This document shows, piece after piece, positions 1 through 10,900 of a DNA stretch of 64,000 bases. Position 1 is the stretch's first letter. Every line of letters starts with the position of its first letter. A model generated the notes under the pieces. It ran no database searches. It was not told the DNA's origin and saw only the letters and a list, made by a program, of their open reading frames with translations. The DNA lies in the NCBI GenBank assembly GCA_965113315.1, contig OZ220371.1; one strand, given 5' to 3'. Source of the DNA: Podarcis vaucheri (taxonomy: Eukaryota). Made by a program: the position numbers and the translations under genes.

Positions 1-376
1 TTCAATCCATGAACAGTAACCAAGGTTTGTTCTTGTCTTACTGCTTATAGTTTGTTTGGAGAGAAATGAACAATGAGCCCACGTTCAGACAGCACAAAAA
101 GCCAGACTCTGGTTTGTTTCCTGACACTGCAAAATTAGCACTTTTCAGGAGTGTGCACCAAGTACACTGTATGGTGAAATTAACCCTTAGTTAAAAACAA
201 ACTATGGTTGAATTTGATGTGTGACTTCAACCAGTGTGGGCAGCTATTTATCAAAAGGTGTAAAAACGTCCTTAGTCATAACATTTCAGAAAATATTTGA
301 TCTATGTTTTATCACAGTGAAAGCAAGGTTCCTATTCCTTGCTCATAATGCTAATTCAAATTTCATTGCCCATTTA

Positions 377-1448
377 CCGTATTTTTTGCACCATTGGACG
401 CACTTTTTTACTCTTAAAAAGTAAGGGTAAATGTCTGTGCGTCCTATGGAGCGAATGTGTGGTGCCTTGAGCCAAATTGCCGGAGTGCGGCACACTCTTG
501 GACTGGTCTTTGGTAGTGGTGGTGGAGCCGCGCTCCCCTGCCGGCAGCCTCGGCTTCCCCCTGCAGCCCCGGGAAGCTTTGGAGCAAGGGGCGGGCTGTG
601 CGCCCATGCCCCACACTCCTGGGCTGCTGAATGGGGGGTGGGGGGTGCTGCTCTGCCAACAGCCTGCCCTTCCCCTCAAGGTTTGGAGCAGCTGGCAGGC
701 TGTTCACTGAGAGAGGGGAGGGCGAGGACGGAGAGGAGGGGGACCAAAAGCTGGGTGAAGGGAGATGAGGTACCATAGGTTGCCGTGAGTGGAGAGTCAT
801 GGTAGAGGGCAAAGGAGAGGGAGCAGTGAAGGGGAGAAATTGTAGACTTCACCTGAGGATTTTGGGTGAAAGGGATGGAGAGGAGGAGGCTGGAAAAGGG
901 GACTGTTCTGCTTGGGGGGGGGGAGAAAAAAGTGGGGAAAAGGAAAGCCTCCCAAGCTCTGCTTGGCTGTTTCTTGACTGTAATTCAAGTAAAGGGAATG
1001 TTTGAGAGCAGTTGGCAGGCTGTTTGCTGAGAGAGGTGAGGAAGAGGATTGAGAGGAAAAAATGTGGCATTAGCAATGCCTTGGATGGATACGAAGATGA
1101 TATTTTACATGAAGATAGCGAAGAAAGTGATGTCAGTGACTGTGAGCAACTGAGCTTCATAAATTCTGACTTTAGCAGTGATGAGTTCTTGGGGTTCACA
1201 GAAGACTAGAAGAGTACTCAAACCTTAAAGTCTCTCTTCATTTGTTAATGACAGTGATGATGGTTCTTAATGCCATTGTTGACTGCTGTTCACTTTACAT
1301 GGCTGTAATGTGATTCTGATATACCGGTTGTTTATTAAATACAGTAGTTTATACAACATTTGATTCAGAATATTTTTTCCTTGTTTTCCTCCTCTAAAAA
1401 CTAGATGCGCCCTATGGTCGGGTGCGTCCAATGGAGCGAAAAATACGG
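377..1448 (+). mobile_element. Non-autonomous pogo-superfamily (POGK-like) DNA transposon, internally deleted, in an INTU intron
   Basis: 27-bp terminal inverted repeats (TIRs): CCGTATTTTTTGCACCATTGGACGCAC on the left and GTGCGTCCAATGGAGCGAAAAATACGG on the right, with 2 mismatches. TA flanks both ends (375-376, 1449-1450). A transposase C-terminal remnant KKCGISNALDGYEDDIL...DEFLGF lies in ORF 1012-1209. Confidence 0.85.
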
Positions 1449-1471
1449 TACTTTCTTGTTTTTCATTACAG

Positions 1472-2095
1472 ACTAAAAAGACTGCAGGTAATAGAAGTTC
1501 AGACCGCAAAAAAGCAAATTCTGGCCTACATCAAGTGAAAGAACATGGGGTGTTGTTTGAATGTTCTCCTGACAACTGGACGGACCAAAAGAAACCTCCA
1601 CCAACTATAATGTACTGGGTTGTGGGGTGAGTGAGCAATAATACCCTTTTTCTGTTTTATGGACTGCCCAAATCCTCAAAACTTCTGTTTTCCAAAGTTT
1701 GTAATTCAGCATCTTTTACATGGGTGGTCTTAGTCACTTCCCTAATGCAGCTATCTATTTTTAACTTTTGTACCACAAAGGATGAAAACGTAGCAGAGGA
1801 TCAATTCAAGTGTGCATAAATATACCTAGCAAAGAACATTTTGAAAGCTCAGCACGTACTGCTGTATAGTTATTCCATTTTTAGTTCTTTACTAAACCCT
1901 TACAAAAGTACGGACTGTTTTTAGAATAGCCTAAAGATCTTGTTCTGACACAAAGTTTTTTTTGTGTTGTTTTTTTTTTACAGGAGACTCTTCATAGATC
2001 CCAAGCCTCGGGAGTTTTATGTCTGTTTTCATGACTCAGTTACAGAGGTTGCTGTTGAACTGGCTTTTAAGCTATCTTTTGGCTTAGCTCTGTAA
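1472..2095 (+). CDS. INTU: Inturned planar cell polarity protein, last two coding exons (1472-1626, 1984-2095); the gene begins upstream of the window
   Basis: The spliced translation ...[31 protein letters not shown]|[36 protein letters not shown] matches the INTU C-terminus. Splice sites are ttacag (1471), GG|GTGAGT (1627) and ttacag (1983), with a consistent phase-2 junction. INTU-SLC25A31-HSPA4L synteny agrees. Confidence 0.95.
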
Positions 2096-2915
2096 ATTTG
2101 TTTAGCTATACATCATAAACCTTCCAACACACTTAAGGCACACAAATAAGAATTAAATTATGGTTTTGTCCTGGTTGCTCTTTGAAGTCTTCCTCTAGAA
2201 TAAACTCGATGAATAACTTCAAATGTTTATAATAATACATGGATGTCATCAACAGTATTCTGAGTTGACTGACTTTTCAAATTACTTGTTTAAAAAAAAA
2301 AACCTAAGCAAGTGGTGATTTTCTCTTTACTGCCTTGCAACAAATTTTGCACATAAGCACTGTGATCAAGAAGGGTCTGTATATGTGAACCATATGTAGA
2401 TCTGTATTCTCAGAGCTGAGTTTCTTTCTTGCAAGGTTTAAAAGCTCAAAACATGTTATACTTTCCTCAGGTTAAAAATGCAGTTGGGCAGGGGCAGCAA
2501 TCTGTGGGGCACTTTGTGAAAATGAACAGCCGTATGGAACTTTCATACACACACTTCTGGACTTCAACTAAGGGAGTGTAATGTTTAATATATTACATAG
2601 GGTACAGAATTCTAAACATGCTATGGAATGTATTAAAGATCAGTGGGGGTGGAAAAAACCCCTGAACGTTTTCTGATTTTTTATCTTACACAGGGGGCAG
2701 GGGTGGGGTTGAGAGGAAAAAGACTACCTTACATTAAAGGGCTATAATATTTTATACAGTAAATGATGTTATGTATAATTATGTGAATGAATAAGCATTA
2801 CTTGTTATAAAGTAACATTGCCCTTATTGCAGATGCTCTGCGGCAAACATCAGAAGGAAATAACCATTTTGTTTTCAAAAACTTTGTATAAACGTTTTTT
2901 ATTTTATTTTTTTAC

Positions 2916-2921
2916 AATAAA
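2916..2921 (+). terminator. Candidate INTU polyadenylation signal (another AATAAA at 2199-2204)
   Basis: AATAAA preceded by TGTA and a U-rich tract, with TGTA/T-rich sequence downstream. Confidence 0.45.
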
Positions 2922-3498
2922 GACATATTTGCAGAACGTGTCCCATGTATTTTTATAGTCTTTCATGGGACTGTATACAACATTTCACAAGCAGCAGGCA
3001 GGTCACACAACCAGCATTTCCACTTCCCCATAAGCTCCCTATATGCACAAAAGCCTCTGCAGAGGGTTAAGGGCATCTACTTAACTGTGGGCTGATCTTA
3101 TGGGGCTGGCAGAAGAATCTTGCACCATTCACACAAGATTCCCTGTTACTGCATTCATTCTTAATGTTTACTAATTATTGCATAACTTCACCGGAAACTT
3201 CACTTCTCTTACTGCATATCTCCTAGGCCAGGGATGGAGAACCTGTGGCCTTTTAAAACATACTGGATTATCGTTCCCATTAGCCCCACTCATAATCAAC
3301 AATTGGGGATGATGGGAACTCTAGGCTGAGGTCCCCCCATCTTTGCCTCAGGTAATCTTAACAGCTTTGTGGGTTGCTTGGTCATAATTCTCCAAAATAA
3401 TAAAAATAAAGCCCCTATGGCCTCTTAACTTTTGTACCACTAAATTTTGGACATTAAATTGTTGTTGCATAACTCCAGAACCCACAACACTGCTGAAA

Positions 3499-3771
3499 GC
3501 CGAGGGCCTTCTGGCGGTTCCCTCATTGCGAGAAGCAAAGCTACAGGGAACCAGGCAGAGGGCCTTCTCGGTAGTGGCGCCTGCCCTGTGGAACGCCCTT
3601 CCAGCAGATGTCAAAGCGATAAACAACTACCTGACATTCAGGAGACATCTTAAGGCAGCCCTGTTCAGGGAAGTTTTTAACGTGTGATATTTTAGTGTTT
3701 TTTTGGTTTTTATGGAAGCCGCCCAGAGTGGCTGGGGAGGCCCAGGCAGATGGGCGGGGTATAAATAATAA

Positions 3772-3804
<33 letters not shown>
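3499..3804 (+). mobile_element. L2-clade LINE, 5'-truncated 3' end with (ATT)n tail
   Basis: The frame from 3499 reads AEGLLAVPSLREAKLQGTRQRAFSVVAPALWNALPADVKAINNYLTFRRHLKAALFREVFNV*, the typical L2 ORF2 C-terminus. It is followed by a 3' UTR and a (TAT)n tail at about 3772-3804. Confidence 0.8.
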
Positions 3805-3805
<1 letters not shown>

Positions 3806-4382
3806 TAAGAAATGCAGCAAGAAATGCTGGATTAAATGGGAATTGACTGAGTCAGGCCCTAGAGTAACGGTGCTGCTGCCTTTAAAAGCCAGTCTGAAAT
3901 ATTTTAGTCCTAAAATGCATTCCACGAGCCCTCGTGGGATATCTTGCCAGCCAAACTTTTGTTTTTTTGCTTGGCAGACAGAGCTTGAACACCTATTAAC
4001 CTTTGGTTGGAGAAACTGCGTTCGGATGAGCCCATCACTGTGATTCAGGCAATGCCCCTCTCCCGGTGCTTGCTTTGCTGGTTTCTAGGCCCTTGCTAGC
4101 AGAGGTTCCTATTCCTTGCTCATAATGCTAGGCCCTTGCTAACCTCCAACTCCAGGAGGCCCAGAATCTTCTTGGAGAAGGGATGCCCAGGAAGAGAGGC
4201 TCTCGTGATTGGGCGCTGCCGGGTCATGTGGCTTGAGAATGCATGCTTCTGATCCGGTTGGGGGAGGGGGACTCCATTGGCTCTTCCTGAGCAGTGGCAG
4301 TTAGAAGTGTTGCCTGGTGCTGGGGGATGCCACTTGGGGCTTCCATTTCCACCCAACCCCCTGTGCCCACCCATTCGACAAC

Positions 4383-4862
4383 ATGCTGGCCGCAGAGGGG
4401 CAGCAGTTTTTCGACCCTGTCTCTTTCGGGAAAGACCTCATGATAGGCGGGGTGGCGGCAGCTATCTCCAAGACGGCAGTAGCGCCCATTGAGCGCGTGA
4501 AACTGCTGCTGCAGGTCCAGGGCTCGTCCAAGCAGATCCGGGTTGACCAGCAGTACAAAGGCATGATAGACTGTTTTGTGCGCATCCCTCGGGAGCAAGG
4601 TACGTCTTCCTCAACAAATAGGCCCTCCTCGAAGGATTGGCGTGGTGTGAGAGCCACAAACGTTTGCCCCTTGTTTAAATCGTGCCTCAACTGTGAACAA
4701 AATAAGTGGCAATTCTGTTGTGCCAAGCCCCCTCACCAGCTGCAATAAGAGGCTAATAATTCTGGCCTACCTTTTGCGGTGGTTGTAAAGATTGTGGGAA
4801 AATGTGCTATTAAGTTCGCTGAATACCTAGCACAAAACAAATACTTATTACTAATACTCTGA

Positions 4863-4917
<55 letters not shown>

Positions 4918-7900
4918 CGTTTCTCCAAGGCAATATTGCAGCTTTTACATTTTTCCAATCTTTCCTTAAGGGCTGTGTGCTTCCAATGAGGCCTCACTTC
5001 CATATTCCTATATTGTTTTCATTCTGACCAAACAGTTGCACACTCCAGAGTACATAGCGCATAATATCCTTTTAACGTCCTTTCCCCCCTATTGTACAAC
5101 TCCCATCACCTTCCGGCTGCTTCCACCGCGCCAGGTTTCCCTAATTCATACTGACCTATCTACACATGCAAAATTAATACAGCATGCTCACATTTCAGCT
5201 AACGGAATATATTCACCCAGCAAGCAAGGATTTCTTCTGTAATATATACTCCTACTTCATAATATATACTCCAACATAATATATACTCCTACTTCTGTAA
5301 TATATACTCCAACAGAAATACAAGACTCCCACTGCACCACACGTGCAGCCTGATCCTAGATATGTCTGCTTGGAGCTAAGCCCCACTGAGTTCAGTGGGA
5401 CTTACTCCCAGGTCATTGCGTAGGATAGAAACTTAATTTGACTGCCTGGAATAATAGTTGAAGATCTCATAGGTGGTTATCTTTCTCCAAATAATTATTA
5501 TAACATTGTACACTGACCTGTGCCATGTATTTTTGTGCAGCTACTCTATTTATGCTGAATTCTAAGGGTGTTTTGTATTTTTAAATTACAATTGTCAGTG
5601 TAAGCAGTTCTTTGTGTTTATGGATTCCACTACAGTGCTGATTTGATTAGGAAAGTAGCAAATCTAAAACTACAAGTCCACTAAACAACTAGTTCCAAGT
5701 ACCTCCATATACCTTTAATTCAATAGGCATGGGATCTGTTTCCTTGCTATGTGTATATAGTGTTAATGTGCACTAAATCTGTAGTTTAGCGTGTCTTCAG
5801 TGTCTGTTTTACCAGCAAAATATTTAGCCTGGCTTATTTGGAGCCCACATCATGAAACAAAGATTCTGAGCATTTTAGCTGCAGTTCTAAACCACTTTTT
5901 ATTAAGAAATGTTTTACTGAACTCCACAGGACATACCAGACCAATCTGTGTAGAACTAGGCTGCTAGTGTTTGGGTAGTAAGGTGAAATAGGACAATACA
6001 AATGTGTTATCCCTAAAAGTGAAGTGAGCTTTTGGACCTAGTAAAGGAATATGTATCTTGAAGATATTTCAAAACAATTGGCAGTTCTTACCATGGCTTG
6101 ATGACTCTCAAACTGTGATACCTTTGTGCATTTAACTTGAAACATTTGGTTCCCGTTTTAGAGTTATTTTACATGATAGAAGATGTTCTTCTGAGAATGA
6201 ATGCCTTCGTTGTCTTCGTTTAAACACTACAGATTGAAGGTTGTCATATTAAATGTTGGGCGCAAGCTAAAATTTGTTCTATAAGTTGAATGAAATATGG
6301 ATTACCAACTGCTCAGACTTTTATTTTCCATGTCATTCAGTTACATAACTTTAATAAAATATGAACACAAAAATGAACATAATTATCTACTATTCTTCAT
6401 CAAATGTTGAAAGTATGCCCTTCATTTATGGTCTGCCAAGCTACTGAATAAAACAGGAAACATGCCCTGCTTGCTCTTATTAGCAAAAACATTAGTTTTA
6501 ACTTTTTTCATAACTATCTTTTGCACTCCTGTCTTGACAGCCACTGATCTTGGAAGCAATACTTTCCTTATCACTTTAAATTTAAATATTTGGTCCTGCA
6601 GTATAAGCCCTCTCCTTACAACTTGTACTCAACTGCAGTGGTCACAACAGTAAAGATCTTTCATCGTACTGAATGTTTACAGAAGCCTTGTTTTCCATCA
6701 GAATATATAGAGTGCCCATTACTGATTGCCATTATTTACCTTGGTGCCTGCAGATGCAACACTTTTCCATCCTTTGACTACTTTTTGTCTTGAACAGCTC
6801 TTACTTGCATGTTAAACTCATTTTCCACTGATCTAAACTCATCCTGTAAAATTGCCCTCTTTGACTTAACCAAGATTCTCAGATCTTTCCAATAATTCTT
6901 CCTCCTTCTCCCCCTTCCAGTTAACTGGTGCCCACAAGCTTTCGTATTGTTTGGCTTCATGCTCCTTTTCAGCTCTCTTTACATTCCTGCATTGAGACCT
7001 TGGCTTCTGGGGTCCTCAACATTTCCATTTGTCCCTTTGTTCGATTTTTCCTGTTCTCAAATGCTGCTCTTTTTATGTGGTATTTCCTCTTGAAATACAT
7101 ATGTAGTTTAATTCAAGTCTGCCTATCTCCCTTTCTTTTGCCTCTTCAGATCTTCCTCAAAGCCTAGTTTTGCCTTCACTTTCCCCAGCTCTCAGCAAAA
7201 CTCTTCCTCCAAAATAATTCCTTTTGTTGATCTAGTTTTCACTTAGTAAGGCACTAATACACTGCATCACCTGAGTCTTAGCAAGATCACCTGAGCCTGA
7301 AGAGCACAGTGGTCAGAATGTCTAAAATAATTTTTGTTTGGCTAATTCTGGTTATTTAAAATTTATGCATGTATGCCTCCAATGTACTGCAAAACCAAGT
7401 CCACCACTCCTTATTAAAATGGGTTTAGCACCCCCTCTGGTGGTGAAAACATAACCTAAAAAACATTTGTACAGTACAGTACTATTTTACTAAGACTAGG
7501 TTGTATATTTGATGGTGATCAAACATACAGATTTAGCATGCTTTACCATCACATGGGTGGCGCTGTGGGTTAAACCACAGAGCCCAGGACTTGCTAATCA
7601 GAAGGTCGGCGGTTCGAATCCCTGCGACGGGGTGAGCTCTCGTTGCTCGGTCCCAGCTCCTGCCAACCCAGCAGTTCAAAAGCATGTCAAAGTGCAAGTA
7701 GATAGATAGGTACCGCTCTGGCGGGAAGGTAAACGGCATTTCCGTGCGCTGCTCTGGCTCAGCAGAAGCGGCTTAGTCATGCTGGCCACATGACCCAGAA
7801 GCTCTACGCCAGCTCCCTTGGCCAATAAAGGAAGATGAGCACCGCAACCCCAGAGTCGGCCATTACTGGACCTAATGGTCAGGGGTCCCTTTACCTATAC

Positions 7901-10900
7901 CTTTACCTTACCATCACAGTGTGCTTTCTATTTCCTGCTGTTTATTTGCTAACTCTGGCTCTTTAAAGGATTAATAGCATCCAGCTTACTGCTATCGATG
8001 ATCTGAGCTTCCGTTTTTTCCACTGTTTGCATCTCTCTCTGCTTTTTAAAAAATCAGTACTGAGACAGTTGTACATAATTATAGGGAAGCTAGATTTGAG
8101 GTGAAAGAATTGGATGACCACTGCACATTGAACTCTCTATGGATTCACTTATATTCACTTATTCCACAAGTACCATTTCAAACATATTAATAGGTCCAAG
8201 TTCAGTACACATAAACATGTAGTTATACAACAGAAACAATTTAAGATCATGTCAACTGTACATTTTTTAATCTTCTGTCTGTAGGATTTGCCAGCTTCTG
8301 GCGTGGCAATCTTGCCAATGTTATCCGGTACTTCCCAACTCAAGCCCTAAACTTTGCTTTTAAGGACAAATACAAGCAGATTTTCATGGCTGGAGTGGAT
8401 AAAGATAAACAGGTAAATGTGGTCTAACATTTTGTTTATTGCTGATGTGTCCAAAACCATTTTGCTTGGGCCAAACATGAAGAAATTGGGATATCTTTTT
8501 GAATTATTAATAGTATACAGTACAGTTCAATAGGTGGTGTATAAAAGAGGCATTGGGATTTGTATTTAAGGAAAAAAGCTAACAAATATGAGTAATTGCG
8601 TGAACAATATTAATGCCCACTATATGTGACAAGTGGGACTTTGTAATAAAATGTTCAGGGTTACTGCCAACTCTTTTCCAGGATACTTCATTCCTGCTCT
8701 CCTCCCTACAAGTAGGCCAGTGCCCCAAAGTTACTGTGCATGCTCAGTCCTCACTGGGATATTTTGGGGCTACATCTTAGAGTTTTTACTGTGATTTTTG
8801 CTTGTACTTCTGCAAACCTTGGAGTTCACTGAAGCCTGCTGATAGCTCCTCTTGTTTGTGAATGGTGCTATTTGAGCAATGCAAGTCTGTACTCTGAAGA
8901 ATGAGCTTATTGGTGTAGGATGTTCCTACTTGAAGCTCAGTATCATGCTATTTACAAAGACATTCTTTATCTGAATTAGGCCTTAAAAAAAAAAAGTCCG
9001 GCTGGTACTTTAAGCCAAAATAAAAAAAGCAATTGCTCTTAGTAAGTGGAGCAAGCAATCCTCTCACTTCTTCCTGGAGCTCTCCAAACCTGTTTGACTT
9101 GACCAGTTGCATGGTATGCAGAGGCGTAAATCAGCAGTTTGGAAATGGTTTTCTGTTAATAGCACTGATGGTACTGACTGTTCCCCAGCTATGCTTTTTT
9201 GATCTGTAAAGGTGGATGCATGTATTTTCAAAGGACACCATCAGAGTGCAGAGCTGCTTCCTTCGAAAGAAATACTGAAAAGGCAGTCTTTAAGGGCAGG
9301 TTTACACATCACTGTTGTTCATCACTCTGTGACTGCAGCACAACATGAAAATTTGTGCATGTGAAAGTGCCATTGCAAATCAAGCTCTATAAGTATATAT
9401 TCGGGGGGAAAGAAAAATCAGTGGAAACAGTTCACACATTCAGCAACAGGACTAGTTCAGATATTTGTTTGGGCTGCTGTCCCCTCCCCCCAAAAAACCC
9501 ACTCATGCACAGTAATGTGTGAGGCCGTGATTTCAACATCAAAGTAAAGTGTGAGGTGACATTGTACTTTACACAGAATTTTTAGGCACTGTTGCAGCTG
9601 TGGAAATTACCGCTGTCTGTTTCTGATTCATATCTTTCCCATGTGCATTCCTGGGAGTATTTCTTATGGAGCAAAATAAATGTGTGAATTGATCCCAAGT
9701 GACGGGGATTTTGTGAATCAGCTTAAAGAGGGGACCCAACCCCACTAGATCCGCTTCCCTGGCTATGCCTCCCCATTTGCGATAGATACTTTAAACTGAG
9801 GTTTGGTAGGAAGCTCAAGGTTTGCGACTTGGAGAGGCGGTGCAGGAGTGCTCTGCCGGAGTTACGTCGGATCGAGGGGGGTTCACACAGGCACCCTAAG
9901 GGTGCCCTCCATTGGATGTGGAGAGCGGTCATTGTGAATCAGCCCTAACGTTCCACAGTTTGAGAAGGGGGATCGAATAACATACAATCACCTCAGCAAC
10001 ACAAAAGGGCATATAATATACTATACAGTGGTACCTCGGGTTACATACGCTTCAGGTTACATACGCTTCAGGTTACAGACTCTGCTAACCCAGAAATAGT
10101 GCTTCAGGTTAAGAACTTTGCTTCAGGATGAGAACAGAAATCGTGCTCCAGCGGCGCGGCAGCAGCAGGAGGCCCCATTAGCTAAAGTGGTGCTTCAGAT
10201 TAAGAACAGTTTCAAGTTAAGTACGGACCTCTGGAACGAATTAAGTACTTAACCCGAGGTACCACTGTATATGTATTTTGGGGACATCTTTTATTGCTCT
10301 GTAATCTTTGTTTGATATTGTAATGGGATTTTAAAGGGCTTTTTTCTAACAAGCTGGTTCATTTTCTTTCCTCCCAGTGCCTTCTGCATTGCCAGAAACT
10401 TACTGTCTAAAGCACCTGGTACTATTTCATGCTTAATGACCATTTACAAATACTCTGCATTTGGATTTAATACCTTGCATTGCATGCTCATTTTCTGTCA
10501 GTATTCATATGTAAGCCATTTCAGTTTTAAAGCTCTTACTCTGAAAGAACATGAAATACATCTTGACATACTTTGTGATATAAATGCTCCAAAGAGTAAA
10601 AGTCTTTTTGATTTTTTATATTATCATACTGATATTTTCAAATAAATAGTTTCAACATCTAGCTTAAGTTAGTTGTGTAATAACTCCTATTGAAACTGTA
10701 AAGTTCTAAATGCCAGTACCAAAAGATTCTGGGTCATATTTAACTAAGTTAAGGGTAAAGGTAAAGGTACCCCTGGCCGTACGGGCCAGTCTTGACAGAC
10801 TCTAGGGTTGTGCACCCATCTCACTTAAGAGGCCGGGGGCCAGCGCTGTCCGGAGACACTTCCAGGTCACGTGGCCAGCATGACTAAGCGGCATCTGGCG

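Noticed and set aside
374-1209. Cluster of 60-120-aa ORFs
   Set aside because: They lie inside the non-autonomous pogo element. Only the KKCGISNALDG remnant is meaningful, and there is no DDE catalytic domain.
7554-7630. tRNA-like A and B boxes (also at about 11030-11110, 40343, 45159 and 58240-58310)
   Set aside because: These are SINE heads continuous with SINE bodies and tails, not cloverleaf tRNA genes.
9711-9943. 12-bp direct repeat TTGTGAATCAGC flanking a CpG-richer 210-bp segment
   Set aside because: It could be a TSD, but it equally resembles repeated Harbinger-like terminal sequence (TGTGAATCAGCCC-TAA). With no tail or ORF, I cannot assign it.
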